This document shows, in pieces, positions 40,356 through 54,309 of a stretch of 64,000 nt of DNA. The stretch's first letter is position 1, and every line of letters starts with the position of its first letter. This DNA comes from Antedon mediterranea (taxonomy: Eukaryota; Animalia; Echinodermata), in the NCBI RefSeq assembly GCF_964355755.1, contig NC_092676.1:25314871-25378870 (forward strand). The letters run 5' to 3'. The position numbers and the translations under genes were made by a program. The notes beneath the pieces were generated by a model. The model did no database searches. It was not told the origin of the DNA and saw only the letters and a list, made by a program, of their open reading frames with translations.

Positions 40356-41829
40356 ATTGCATAAGGTTTAATTTTAATGTGATTTGAAAATGGTAGTAAT
40401 GATGTCCTTAAATGTACAAGGGAAAATATAAGTTTTAACACTACTTTACAGCCAACCTTATTCAGGGCACATTCATATATTAAGGAGACACTTGTTCTTC
40501 TTCTTCTTCTTAGATGCCAAAGGTGTCTATTGTATTAAAATGATAGGGAAAATGGCAAATTTCACATGTTTTTGACTTGCCGTTATGTACAAGTGATAGA
40601 ATTCAGTTTAAACTGAATTAATTAGGATATAATTGAAAATACATTGCTTTGTGTTAAACAATAAGACTGTAGTATTCTTAATTAATTTTTGTTAATCAAT
40701 GTGGATTATATCGTAACAGGTTGCCTGAAGGATCCTGTTTATATTAAATACTGTGATCATTAAACAAAATACAGAATTTAATTCTATTGACATGTCCAAT
40801 GGTTTTGCATGTATTCCAAGGAACGATTTGGTTAGGTTGTATTTTAACAGTTACCGTATATCTTCTGGTCTAATCCCACCCTCTACTTTATGTCTGATTT
40901 TACAAGCAGGCATATCCCCGGGTATAGTTCCAGTATTGACTTTTGGTCTCTCTATAGCCAGTTCAGATGAGTTTTTACAAGAAATGCTTACCAATCATTT
41001 TTTCCAGTGAAACTATGTATGATTATTAATATTATTTGTAGTTGTTTATTTTTTTGTGTAGGATTTTTCACTATACACTTTCTATTGTTAATCTGTCTTG
41101 TTATCAATAGATCGTATATTATCATCTTTGACAGTTTCATTGTCATACTGTATCCGCCTCCTCACGATGGAATGTGTCCCTAGGCTGTATACACCTTTAT
41201 CCAACCATTTGTCTGATAATTTTAAGATTTGGGCAGCTTAACAACAATAGAACAACCTATTTTCTGTAGATTTATTCTCGTTTAAAATAGTGTCACTTCT
41301 TATCCTTGACGTCAATAATAAGCGTTACAGGAAAAGTGAAATTATATTTGATATTACGAAGAAATTCATAGAAAATGATATTTTCTGGTATTGTCATGTG
41401 AGAAGGAAATGTGAATTAAAATTCAATCATCCGCGATAAATAATGTGATGGAGGAAACGGAGTTATTAAAGAATAATTTAAAAAACTATAATTAACCGTT
41501 ACAACTTGTTAGTCACTCATATATGCATAATTAATTCAAGATCTTCTTAGTCACGAATTTCAATTATAATTTATATGTTTATGTTATGTAAATCATTCAT
41601 TATTTTTCTTTGAATATTCAGTATACTAATCACTGATGTATAGCACAAATCTTAAAGATATATTGTCCTCTTAAAAAAAAAAAAAAAAATTTTTTTTTTA
41701 ATATGCCATTTTAATGTCACATACAGTAATAGTTATTCACTTTTACCAAAACTGGATTGAGAAAAAAATGTTTTACTATATTACTATTACGGGAATTGCA
41801 TCAATATATTAATTTAAAAAATCATGACG

Positions 41830-42189
41830 CTTTTTATTTATTTTTATTTATTTTATGTCTTTAGGCACTGTGGCCAAGGATTACCAATAGTGAATTAATC
41901 ACTGTCCTATCAGATAGGTGGTAATCCCCCTGATACAGAGGCTATTGTGTGAACCAGTTCACCGGGGTAACCCCCTACTCTTTTTCGAATAATGAACTGG
42001 GTTCTTTAAAGTACACACAGGTTATAACTGTGTACACTGGACCTACGGTTTATAGTCCTTATCCGAGAAGACTTGTTCCACCACCAGAACTAGGAGCGAG
42101 TCGGCCTCGAACCCTTGCCGATGTTGTTGTTGGCTCTTTAGGTACGATAAACGGCGCCCCTGCCTTAACCGCTCGGCCATATGACTCGC
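41830..42189 (-). mobile_element. tRNA-derived SINE with Deu/Nin-like central domain
   Basis: Minus strand: A box TGGCCGAGCGG, B box GGTTCGAGGCC, core ctcggataaggactataaaccgtaggtcc...ttaaagaaccc...aaagagtaggggttaccccggtg (recalls SINE3/DeuSINE), A-rich tail. Confidence 0.75.
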
Positions 42190-42419
42190 ACAAACAAATA
42201 CATAAATGGGAATGATGATAATAATTGTTTAATATTATGATGTAATAACTGATTTTGCATCAGGAAATTAAGTAGGAAGATGTTTTTCCGAACTCTGACG
42301 TAAATGTAAAAAAAAATATTTCTCTTATGAAGACCACATCATGAAAAACGTAAACAATGGTAATAATACAGTAACTATTAGTAATTAATACGTCATATTT
42401 TTTTTTTTAAGCAATCTTA

Positions 42420-43050
42420 GACCCCATTTACACTTACGATTTAGGCCGGCCCTGGGTCGGCAATTGATAAGTGTAAATACTCCAAAAAGTTAGGCCGGCC
42501 CTGGGCCGGACGCAGATCTGGGCCACCTTTCCAGGTAGGTTCAGGAGCGGCTTTTACGTTTGGGCTGGCTTACGCAGTGAACTGTGAACAATGTTTGACC
42601 TTTTTATGAGGTTGTTGTTATGACGATCCGACATATTCAATACATACCTTCTTCCTTTTCGGGCGACAATTTGTTTTCTTCATCATTTATATAGGTAAAT
42701 TTATTTTCAGACATCTTCTTTCAATAAAGTATTCCTCCGCTTGTTTCGCATATACATAAAATACAGCCATATTATATAAAACAGTGGAGTTCATTTTGTT
42801 TTTAATGGGACAAAAAAACAACAATTTACAGTATAAATATAAAACGGTCGGTTCGTTTGGAGAGTTGAATTGGCGATCGAGAGAGAAAAATGTAAACAAA
42901 CTGTACTTCGTATCCCAGCATGCAATGGTACTTCCGATAAAATTATTTACGACCAGTAATCTGCGTCGCTAGTGTAAACGCTCTGGGGCCGGCCTAAAAG
43001 GTAAATATTTGCAACCGGCCCTGGACCCAAACGTAAGTGTAAATGGGGTC
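42420..43050. mobile_element. PIF/Harbinger-type (Tourist-like) non-autonomous element
   Basis: TIR GACCCCATTTACACTTACG at both ends; 3-bp TSD TTA. Confidence 0.85.
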
Positions 43051-44698
43051 TTATACTGCTCTTCAAATCACAATACAAAACCTCAACCTCACTATTAGAC
43101 TACTTTACTATACTATACAAACATGCTAATAATGTTTAAAATGTTAACTAAATATCTTCTGAGTTCTCATAATGTTTTCAATCACTGATTTTGAGAAAAT
43201 TCCGTACAAAATCCAAGTATTATATCAATTCAATTTTGTGATTAATTATAGTTTACTTTGTCTCGGAAACCTATTACTTCCCCCGAAGACAGATTCTTTT
43301 AAGCATAATGTTAAAACATCATGGCCGTTACGCAGTTCTTATCAAATGATACCGGACAGTCATCTGCATGTGTGAATAGCCATGTGATCGCCTTAATACA
43401 AATCACATGCTGTAGATATTATTTATTAAATATCCTAGTAAAGTTATCGGCAAGCTTGCACATTTAATGGTCACCATGTATGTGGTGTGACTGGTGATAT
43501 AAGAATTATTCCTTTACTGTTTCATGCATTTTTTGGTGGTTTTTTTTTTGTCCGTTATCTATCTATCCATACTTCACAATCTAATTTGTTTTAATAAAGA
43601 ATTGAATATGTTGCCATAATATCCATTTTAATTATTTTGATTTCTTACAACTTATTGATCTTAAATCAAAATGCACATTTATAGACTTCTGATTGATATT
43701 TCAATTGACTTCTTTTGAAGTATTTTGAGCTAAGACAAGTTGTAATCTGTACCATATGACCGGAGAAAAGAGGAGGAGGTGGGATTATTTTTATCTATCA
43801 GGTGATATACATGGAGGAATTTATTTACCGTTCTTGATGGGTGGCCTACATTAGTATATTTGAATTTAGAAGATCACCCACATCCGTATGATAGCTTTAG
43901 AAATATAATGATTATCTTTTATTATACACTAAAGAGAGCTCTATCTAATTTTGACTTGATAAAATGAAAACTTAGTGTGTCCAAATAGTAGAGTGTCTAC
44001 ATTATCATTATCAATAAATAACATAAGTTAAGGTCTCAGATATGAAAACTGGTTTTACCCTTTTTGTTAGACTAGTCGTTATGTATGTATTGTCTGTTAG
44101 TCCCATCAGTCGACGTATCGATTTTTGTCAGGAAATTCAGAGCTCAAGATTATACTTCTGAAACGCCATACTGTATGTGCCAAAATATTTATCTTTTTAC
44201 CAATATTAGGTTTGAATACAGTCTAGAACCTAGACTACCTTTATTCTTATTTTGTGTTTCTCTTCAGAGTTGATAAACTTTTTGTGTATTCTCTCAATTG
44301 TTTATCTGGAAATGTGTGAATCTAAACAAAAATGAAACGAAAGCCTGACAGAGCAATTTATCAAAGCAATACTGAGTAACAACTCTTTGTCTGGATTTAC
44401 TCCTACACGGGACATAAAAGATTTTTGTTTCAAACCGAACATGCCTGATTAGGTGCTTGTATTTTTCGCTTTATTGACATCATTGTGTTTTGGGTTTAGT
44501 TTGTAACAAATTTATTGCATCGGTTAAATTGAAACAAACAAAACAGTCTGTGCATTTCTAGTTTTTAGTTTTGCTTTTGATAAACATTGCATGATTTATT
44601 TATTTATTTCTCATATTTATTTTTGTGTATTGATCTAATACCAATTGCTCATCCATTATTAACTGTCTGCAATCTGGACATCTTGGAAACTTTTCTAA

Positions 44699-45313
44699 GG
44701 GTATGTTCAGACTCGCGGAGTTACGGTGGAGTTATCTACGCAAGACGTACGGTAATCTGTGGCGTTAAAAGCCAAGGTGTTCAGACACAACGATCAACAT
44801 TCCAATGCCTTGCGTTTTTAAACACTCTGATCAGGTCAAAGCAGATAGAACTATATGTATACATTCATGACAATGCATGAAAGTTTACATCGTTACATTG
44901 GTTTTTTTTTAAATTTTTATTTATATAATGTTTACCTTCAAATATACTGATTTGGTCTTACTACTTGTAGAATTGCATTTTAATTCAAAATAATTTAAAA
45001 CGTAATTGTTACACGGAAAATTATCTGATTTAATTTATGAATATATCATATTACTGACGCCAACTTTACTTTTCTTAAAAATCTGAACCTGAAAATACAT
45101 TTGACATATCTATTTCGCTGTCGTATCATAGGGTACAGGTATGTAGTTGTTGTCTGCTAATTGGTTAAGGTTAAAATCACTGATGCATCACTGGATTAGC
45201 GTTATGAAATCTACCCTCTCCCGCTAGAGTTATTAACGCCACTGGCGCGGAGTAACAGCTTCCTAACGCCGCTTACATAACTCCACTGTAACTCCGTGAG
45301 TCTGAACATACCC
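44699..45313. mobile_element. PIF/Harbinger-type non-autonomous element
   Basis: About 37-bp TIR GGGTATGTTCAGACTC(G/A)CGGAGTTAC(G/A)GTGGAGTTAT; TSD TAA at 44696-44698 and 45314-45316. Confidence 0.87.
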
Positions 45314-48300
45314 TAATGCTCAAAATCTTGCTTTTTTAAGATACCGTATTTATTTGAATAAACGCCCCAGGGATTTTATTGTTTAGGAGAGTTTTTAGGG
45401 GGGAATTTATTCAGTGGAGGCATTTATTTTTTTACTGTAATATGTTAACATACAATCAAATGAATACACCTTAGATATGAAAAAAATACAACACAATCAA
45501 TATCAAAAAGTGCTACAGTAAAAAATGTATCAAATTCTTGTAAATTTCAGATCATGTCAAAATGTTTCATCGGGGTAGGGAGGGGTGTTTATTTGAGGGA
45601 GTTATTCATTCAAATTGGAGCGTTTATTCAATGTTGTGCATTTAACCTAAAAAATAAGTGTATAAAATGAAATTTATCAGATTTCGAAATTGTCATTCAA
45701 AAAGTGCCGTATTTACATAATTGATCAATGATAACAATATCAAGTTTGTTATAGATAAAGTGCAGTTTTGATTTTAGTCATACATGATCATAGCGTCAAA
45801 AGTATAATTATTAATAATAAGTCAATATATGTATCGCGAGATATCCTGTTGTTAATGAGGTTTGTAGGCTATAACATTACAGCATTGATGGCAATGATGA
45901 TGTCAGAAGGAAATCTAAAGGTTGAATATACTAGGGGGAAGGGGGTTGTTGTATAGGTAACAAACTAGAAATTCATGTTCCTTGACCTTCCATCTTCTAT
46001 TCATCTAATCTAATCTCAAATACTCTCCAATATAACCTTCATTCCTTGAGAGTTTTATCACATTTTGTAGTGTCCAATAAACTATAAGCCTTTTCTTACT
46101 AATTACCTTTAAAGACTATTAAAAGTTGCTTTAAAACAAATGTTTTTATTTTTTTTTTATTTATTTCTAGGTTTATTGTGAAGACACCTTCAGTATCATA
46201 GTACTATCACTGGTGGATCACATAAACAAAATTAGACTTACAAAAGTAAAAACAATATAAATTAAAGAGACCTCCCTATTAATTGGGATACAAATAAGGG
46301 AGAAATATATGTTTTAACACTATAGGTACACCCTATTAAGGGGACAATTTTGTGAGTCCCAAATATATTAAATAGAAATAGAGGTTCTACTATAAAACAA
46401 AGAGTAAGCATAGTACTAAAAGGTAATTCTGATTCTGATTACTTATGCGTCCTTTTGACCTGATTTACTATTTCACCTTGGCTATTAACACCTGGAAAAT
46501 CCCACTTTATTCCCTATATTTATATTACAAATTACCGAAAGACTTCCTTCAAAAACTTTTTATTTGTTTTATTTTCCCATTACTGAGTTAATACAACATG
46601 CTCATTTTTGTTGTTGAATTTTAAAATAAAGCAAGTCATCTTTATCATTTTTTTTTCTCAACAATAATAGTTTAGTTTAATACCACATGACTACCATTTA
46701 GACTGCCCTAGATGTACGCCTACAGTTCACACCTTAATTTATTTTACAATACTGTATATGAAATGAATATATTTGAGCCTAGTAGTAAGTCTAGTACACT
46801 CGAACAAGTAACAACAAAGGGCAAAATTTGGAATAATGCTGTGTTTAATACAGTATAGTTTGTTATATATTATTCCGAAACTGAATGGAAGAAATTTATA
46901 CTAGATTCTCCACCCACCTCCAAAGATTTCCTTATTGACAGACTTTTATGTGAAACATTGTCAGATGACCATCTTAAGGCCAATTCACACAGATGAGTTA
47001 AGTGGAAAACCGCGTAGCTTGTCCTTTAGAATCTGTATTTTTAATTGGTTGTGTTTAGAGTTTGGTTTAAATAGTCATAAGAAATACGGTACATTGACAC
47101 TATATTTTTGTTTACTGCTTACTGTTACCACTCGTCTGTAAATTGGCCTTTAGACTGCCCTAAATGTACTACCATGCCATGCCTGAACACGCATTGTTGA
47201 ACTACCATTTCCATTACATTTCTAATGTACTTATATAGAGGGTTAGGTGGGGGGGGGGGGGGGTGGCTTTTTGATCGGGAACGAAATGAGTGGGTGGAGT
47301 ATAGGAAGTGGTAATGGTAAACGATAATGTTGAATGATAGACTGGATTAGCAACACACCTTGCTACCAAAATCACGTGCTCTTCCTTTATTGTTTTGTTA
47401 TTACATACACTTTAATCCAACCACATGACTATCTTAGACAACAGTACCTGTTTTTATTCCCGACTATTCCTTCATACTCTATTTATAGTAACATTGAACT
47501 TTCCAACGATCCATGTGGATTTATATATTAAACTAGTTTCACATTTAACGTTTATTTGTAATGTGGTTAGCGTCAAGTTAACACAGTTGTTTTCATCATG
47601 TGTACAGAGTACTTTACTTGTATTGCTATTAAAGCGTATGCTGAGGATATATTTAAATCAAAGGTATATATGATGATTATTACATTTTATTATATTGACT
47701 AGGATCTTTTAGGTTGTGACTTAATTTTTAGGATGTTTACAGTAGTTTTATGGTCACAGTGACATTCTTTAAATCCGCAAACACATCTCATTAATGGCCA
47801 CTTTTTACAGAAACCATTAATTTTCCTCGGCCGCTAATGTTTGTTTAAAAATTTATTTATTTTTGTTTATTTATTTTTTAAACTTTGATAATTTTATTTT
47901 TGTTTATTTTTTTTTTATACTTTAGTATTTTTATTATTTTCATTTATTTACTTATTGTTGAGTCTGTGTTATTTTTTTTATTGTTTTTAAGACCCAACAT
48001 TTTAATGTCCCTTAAATAATAGGAATAAGAGTGTCCCCTTATAGAGGTTTCCCCCTGAATATGCGTGTCCCAGAGGAGGGGGGGGGGGGGGTGGGCTCTA
48101 CTAGATATTTAGTTTCAAATTGTAGAATTCAGACTAAACTTTTTTCCACTGTATATAAAACTTAACAGACACCTAGGGAAAAGTTTATATTGTTACCACC
48201 TATCTTTAAATCAGTGTGCCACCTATGTGATCCCTCCTTGTCAATATTCAACATTTCTAGAGGTTAAACTTCAACTCTATAACGATAAACAACTCAATGA

Positions 48301-49297
48301 TATCTCTGGTGATCTTGTACTACTTACTACACTGTGAACTATGTACTTGTGTCTGCCTCCATTGTTTTGTTGTATGTTATAAATCACCTTTACACCATTT
48401 TAATGCTATGTGTTCCAAGTTTGATGATGATATACAAAAACAATGTTCACAGGTAGTTTCTATTTGTTTCTAATCGTATGTTAAGCAATGTTTATATAAA
48501 GAAGTTAGTATAGTATGTTGTTAAATATTGTATAGGAGACTTTGTGTAGTGTTTCCATTAGGGTTGACTGTTGTTTTAATACTGTACTGTTATACATAAT
48601 ACAACCTATAGAATTGAATTATCAGAAGGTATATACCTATAGTAGTGGCATTGTGGCTTTGTTACCAATTCTATGGTTCAAATCCTGTCACAATACAGTA
48701 CCACAATACAGCCCTGCTAAGTCTCATAATCAGACTTGGTTTAGAAAGCATGGTTTTACCATTTTGTATTTTATTTGCTGTTGGATGGTGTGAGTGAAAA
48801 AAAATGTTTATTTTCATAAAGAACATACTAAATAAAAACAGACCTTCTATCTTGCATGAGTGTGCTACTACAATGTCATGTTGAGCATAGAACCATCATC
48901 TTTATGTCTCATCCAGAAGATGATATTTCAAAGGAATATAGATGATTTATACAATTTCAAATTCATCAGATTTAGTAAATTGTGATGTTTCAATATGGTA
49001 GACTCTCAACACAGTCATCAATATCTGATTGTAAATCTTTAACCATTTCAACATACGCTAAACTAGAGGCAATTATCTGTGCATATGGTGCTCCTTCATG
49101 CTCTAGTGAACCTCATATACTAATGTAACACGGCCATCAAATACATCTTTTTACATTTTCTCCTAGTCTGAACAATTTTCATTTTTGTGTTCTATATGTC
49201 TATATTACTCTTTTCAGTGCTTGCAGTTGAAATATAGAATTCATTTTTAGTTGTATTTTTACAGTATATGTAAAATTTGTACTTTTTTTGTTTGCAG

Positions 49298-49483
49298 ACA
49301 AAGCATGGAACAATTCCTACAAACATGCAGACTAGTTCATCATTGGTGATAGCGAATAAAACGAAAAAACCAACAGCATCCGAAACGGAACTTGAGAAAT
49401 ATGCCGTGGAGAATCTGAACAAACACAAAAAGGGAATTTTCAGAAAACCTGTTTCATTAGCGCACATGCTTTCTTGGACAAAA
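49298..49483 (+). CDS. ARHGAP39: ARHGAP39-like exon, lead-in to MyTH4
   Basis: ttgcAG|ACA...AAA|GTAAGT. YAVENLNKHKKGIFRKPVSLAHMLSWTK resembles conserved ARHGAP39 sequence. Confidence 0.92.
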
Positions 49484-50159
49484 GTAAGTTTGTGTTCATA
49501 TAGTTTTTACTGTAGATTAGAAAAAAACTGTATTAGCCCAGTGTTTGAGTGTTCCAAACAGATTTGGTTGATGGCAGAAAGTAACAGTTACAAGATGTTA
49601 AAACAGTTAGCACTTAAAGATTGGTTCACACTTTGATACAACACAAAGATGTACACAATGTGATGTCACTTGCATTGCTACCTACATTGTTGCATTGCAT
49701 CTGTGTGGGAACCAGAGCTTAACAGACTTTTAAATCATCATTTTATTCCTCTGTAACTTCCCTCTAGAACACGTTACCTCAATCTGTTGTTGATTCACAA
49801 ACTTTGTTATCATTTAAACAAAACTTTTTTCTATATTTTAAGCAACTTTAGTAATTTTTTGTTGTTGGTAAATTAAGGTTAGTTAAATGGGAGGCCGCTT
49901 ACTGTCATAAAATTTTAAAAATAAACTGGAAGAATTTTATAATGGGGAGCCCTTCTCACTTCCTCCACTACAACAACTACATTCATTTCCATATGTTTGT
50001 TTTTGCTCTATTACTTAAGACACACCTTTTTGATTTGAATGTTAACAAATTTATATGACTACTCTGATATTACATTTATATCGTTTTTAATATCGTTAAT
50101 AAAACTGAAAATGTCATTATAAATAGATATCATATAAATTTTGTTTATTGTACCCTAAA

Positions 50160-50908
50160 TTTTTACTGTCTATAATTCGTACTGTCTATAATATTTACTG
50201 TCTATAAGTTTTACTGTCCATAAGTTTTACTGTCCATAATTTTTACTGTCTATAATTTTTACTCACTGTCTATAATTTTTACTGTCCATAATTTTTACTG
50301 TCTATAATTCGTACTGTCTCTAATTTTTACTGTCCATAATTTTTACTGTCTATAATTTTTACTCACTGTCTATAATTTTTACTGTCCATAATTTTTACTG
50401 TCTATAATTCGTACTGTCTATAATTCCTACTGTCTCTAATTTTTACTGTCCATAATTTTTACTGTCTATAATTCGTACTGTCTATAATTCGTACTGTCTA
50501 TAATTTTTACTGTCTATAATTCGTACTGTATATAATTTTTACTGTCTATAATTTTTACTGTCCATAATTTTTACTGTCTATAATTTTTACTGTCTATAAT
50601 TTTTACTGTCTATAATTTTTACTGTCTATAATTTTTACTGTCTATAATTTTTACTGTCTATAATTCGTACTGTCTATAATTCGTACTGTCTATAATTCGT
50701 ACTGTCTATAATTTTTACTGTCTATAATTTTTACTGTCTATAATTTTTACTGTCTATAATTCGTACTGTCTATAATTCGTACTGTCTATAATTTTTACTG
50801 TCTATAATTTTTACTGTCCATAATTTTTACTGTCTATAATTTTTACTGTCTATGATTTTTACTGTCTATGATTCGTACTGTCTATAATTTTTACAGTCTA
50901 TAATTTTT
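50160..50908. repeat. 16-bp minisatellite (TTTTACTGTCTATAAT), about 46 units
   Basis: Directly visible, with TTCGTA and TCCATA variants. Confidence 0.97.
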
Positions 50909-51094
50909 GCAATATATTCTCAATATGTTCACATTATTATTATCATTAAATCTAAAATATCATTTAATTGATTGGAACATTACATCATTAAATGTGTAAA
51001 CTGAAAGTTGTTATATAAATAAGTATGATTTGTTCGTTATGATTTACATTTACATCATCTAGAAAAAAAATGTTTAAATCTTTTGTTTCAACAG

Positions 51095-51167
51095 GAACCG
51101 ATAAAGAAACCCATGCTGATGACACGCGATAAGGAAGTCAAACGTGAAGCACTGGAATCTTTTAAAT
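51095..51167 (+). CDS. ARHGAP39: ARHGAP39-like MyTH4 exon (EPIKKPML...ESFK)
   Basis: aacAG|GAA acceptor; ends at the U12-type donor T|ATATCCTTT. Confidence 0.9.
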
Positions 51168-51639
51168 ATATCCTTTGATATCATTCTACTAAAATAGAAC
51201 ATTTATGTTACAAAGTTTCCTCCCTCTCATTGATATTATGTTTTAAAAAATGAGCTGGATTATGGTGAGGATGATTTTTTTACTAAATCATGAATGAATT
51301 AAGCTCTGTCTACACTATCAAACTAGTTTAACAAAAAAGTGTGATGTGCCCAAATATGGTAGTGATATGCTTAAATATGGTAGTGATATGACATCATCAT
51401 GTCCATATATGGGCATATCACATTTTGTCGTCACATAAAGTTTGATAGTGTAGACAGATCTTAAGATTGATAGTTATCACGACAGTAAAATAATGTCCAT
51501 AGCAGGCAGAAGCTGGTTGCTGCTCTTATCAAACTTTCTTCCAATCCTTCCGCATATCTAGTTTAAATCTAGATATTACTGGGTTTTTTTTCAGAAATTT
51601 TACAAAATACACTTTTATTTAACTTAACTGATTGTTTAC
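51168..51639 (+). other. U12-type (minor spliceosome) AT-AC intron, 472 nt
   Basis: 5' ATATCCTTT; branch-like CTTAAC at 51623-51628; 3' TTTAC; no long pyrimidine tract. The join restores FK-L-IQCYMSD. Confidence 0.92.
51301..51462. mobile_element. MITE family A copy inside the U12 intron
   Basis: Near-full TIRs. Confidence 0.88.
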
Positions 51640-51790
51640 TAATTCAATGTTATATGAGCGATAAGAAACTTAAAGGGTTCACGCGCGAGACGTCCATCTT
51701 AGAACTTACGACGCGTGGATGGAAAAAACCAAAGCTACGAGACGAAATATTCATACAGTTGTGTAAACAAACAACAGACAACCGTAGAGA
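51640..51790 (+). CDS. ARHGAP39: ARHGAP39-like MyTH4 exon (IQCYMSD...LRDEIFIQLCKQTTDN)
   Basis: Classic MyTH4 LRDE.x.QL.KQ motif; GA|GTAAGT donor. Confidence 0.93.
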
Positions 51791-52461
51791 GTAAGTCTTT
51801 TGAATTATTCTGTCTAGATTTCTTGGCACTCTGGCTTTGTGGTACTCTGCTTGCTTACCAATTTGAGGGTCGTGTGTTCAAATCCTAATTGTTTGAAATC
51901 CAAGCCTTATACAAGATTTAATTATGTTTTTTTTTTCTGTGTTGAATAAGTGGTTACTGTAAATTTAAAAATACTGTTAATATCAGTCATATGAACAATT
52001 TGTCTAAAATAAAGTTGAATTGAATTTTAAAACAAAATTAATCTCAAATTATCAAAAATATGTTCCCATGGAGGGTCTTTTCTAGGAAGCAAAGAATTCG
52101 TCTTGTAAGTCAACTTCAGATTCTGAATACAGCCAACAACAAAATGATTGAGATCATCTCGGATGGATGTGTTCCCAAAATGTCCACACTCTTGGTGTAA
52201 TCATATCTGGTTTGCCTGGTCCCACTGTTTAACATATGAACATGTAGTGGGTCCGTAGCTTGGTGGTTAACATGCTTGCCTTCCAATCCCAAGGTCCGGG
52301 GTTTAATCCTGACCTAGTTCCTTTTAACTCCACTCCCTAAGCCTCAAATGAGACTTATAAAGTAGTTTATCCATTCTGTAATTGGCGAGTTACTCGCTGT
52401 TGGATGCGTATGAAAATTTAACATAACAACATTACTAATTTGCATTTGCTTACTTCCACAG

Positions 52462-52591
52462 TGATAGCTTAATGAAAGGCTGGGAGATTATAGCTGTCTG
52501 TCTGTCCATATTTCCTCCAACCACAAGGTTCTATTCGTACTTAGAAGGTTACCTCTACAAACATCTAGATGGAAACTTTGACACAAGAAAG
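52462..52591 (+). CDS. ARHGAP39: ARHGAP39-like MyTH4 exon (GWEIIAVCLSIFPP...YLEGY)
   Basis: cacAG|T acceptor, AAG|GTTAGT donor; MyTH4 W..L...FPP motif. Confidence 0.93.
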
Positions 52592-53825
52592 GTTAGTTAT
52601 AGTTTTAGTTGTCCCATGACCTAGAGGATCGTAGGGGTGTAGCAGATGAGATACAGTAGTAGTACTCATCATGATACGATACACAGGCATAAGCCATATC
52701 TCCTAGTAGTGCTCCTCTCTGGGCTGGCGATGTTTTTGCTGGCTGACCCTCGTTGGTTCTCCTAAACTGTTAGTACATCAAAAGAAACAATTGCATACTA
52801 CAGTACCGATAAATGTATACTTAAAAAAGCTAAAAATGTGAAACTATTTCTGAAAACAATTATTTCTCATGGAAATATTTAATTATCGGATATGTAGTCG
52901 GATTACTAGTAAAGCGTCAACATATTTAAAATCTCGCCTACTCGTTAACAATTGTATAATAAGTAAGTTGTGTTGGTTTATTGGCAATGACTTAGGGTGT
53001 ACGATAAACTACAACATGCTTAGAAACCGCAGGAATAATTCGTCTTATGGTTGAGGGGAAAATCGGCTACTTACCAGTCGGCATGTAGAGATCTGTCTAC
53101 ACTATCAAATTAGCTTGACCAAAAAAGTGTGACGTGCCCAAATACGGAAGTGATATGACCAAATGTGGTAGTGATATGACATCATCATGTCCATATATAG
53201 AGCATACATGTGATTGCCACAGCAGTTATTTACATATTTGGCAATCCTTGGTGATATGCCTAAAAAAATTAATATAATAATATCAATAATGAGTTTAGAT
53301 AAATTGAATAATGTTAGCCAGACCTCTTTGATACTTAATTAGAAACATAAATGTGTAATTGTTTGGCCATTTGCAAGAGGATGTGGACATGGGAAATTAA
53401 GTTTCTCTTTATATGATTAATATTTGACAAACATGCCAACACTACCGTTTTGGCTGGGAGGCTCCCGTATTTTAGACTCGTCTCCCGGGCTTAATATTGT
53501 GTTCCCACAGTACCGCCCAGATTACAAAGATAACTGAATTTGGATGTATATGTGTGGTTTTCTGCATTAAAATATAAGAAAAAAGCTTACATACAAGCAA
53601 ATTTACGATATTAAACCATTTTATGACCATCTGTGGTCTCAATGGAAAAGGGATTCCCATTATAAGAGCCACCAGCGATACCGTTTATGACATCACACAC
53701 TGCACTACTTCTCGATAACAGGGTGATGTTGACCTTAAAAAAACACCACTTCCTATTTTTTTAACTTCAGATGTTGGCGTGTATGATTTTTTTTCATAAT
53801 TGTTGTGCATTTCTGTATGTTTTAG

Positions 53826-53939
53826 GTTGAAGTCAGTCGATATGCTTCATACAGTATGAGAAAGCTGGAACGAGTATTACAAGCTGGAGCAAGGAAAGGC
53901 AATAAGAAGATTACAACAGAAGAAATTGAATTAGCCAAG
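53826..53939 (+). CDS. ARHGAP39: ARHGAP39-like exon, end of MyTH4 (GARKG...EEIELAK)
   Basis: tttAG|GTT...AAG|GTAAAA, phase 0-0. Confidence 0.9.
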
Positions 53940-54309
53940 GTAAAATGCACAATTAATAATAATTATAAAAAAAAGTCACATAACAACTTCTGTAGTGTCA
54001 CATGACAATGTCTGGACAGTCACATTATCTCTTATAGAGTAACATGGTTGATTCTAATTAAAATCACATGTTCTGTATTTTACAGCTGCATCAAAATAAT
54101 ATTATTTTGAAACGGAATCTAATTTTTGTATACAATATGCTTACAAGTTACAGTACTGTATTTAAAAAGAAACATACTGTAGAGGGCAGCATTTACAAAT
54201 AATACTGTAGATTATGTGACAAAAAAATGTGATGTGCCCATATATGGACATGATATTGTCATATCACTATGTCCCCATAAAATAATACAAATATTTCCTC
54301 TTCTTTCAG

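Noticed and set aside
50160-50908. CRISPR-like appearance of short regular repeats (also 19502-19965 and 37419-37520)
   Set aside because: Head-to-tail tandem units with no unique spacers, no cas genes, eukaryotic context.
52248-52320. tRNA-like sequences (also about 20625-20680, 29600-29670 minus, 51825-51890)
   Set aside because: A/B-box remnants without complete cloverleaf or acceptor stems; most likely decayed SINE heads.
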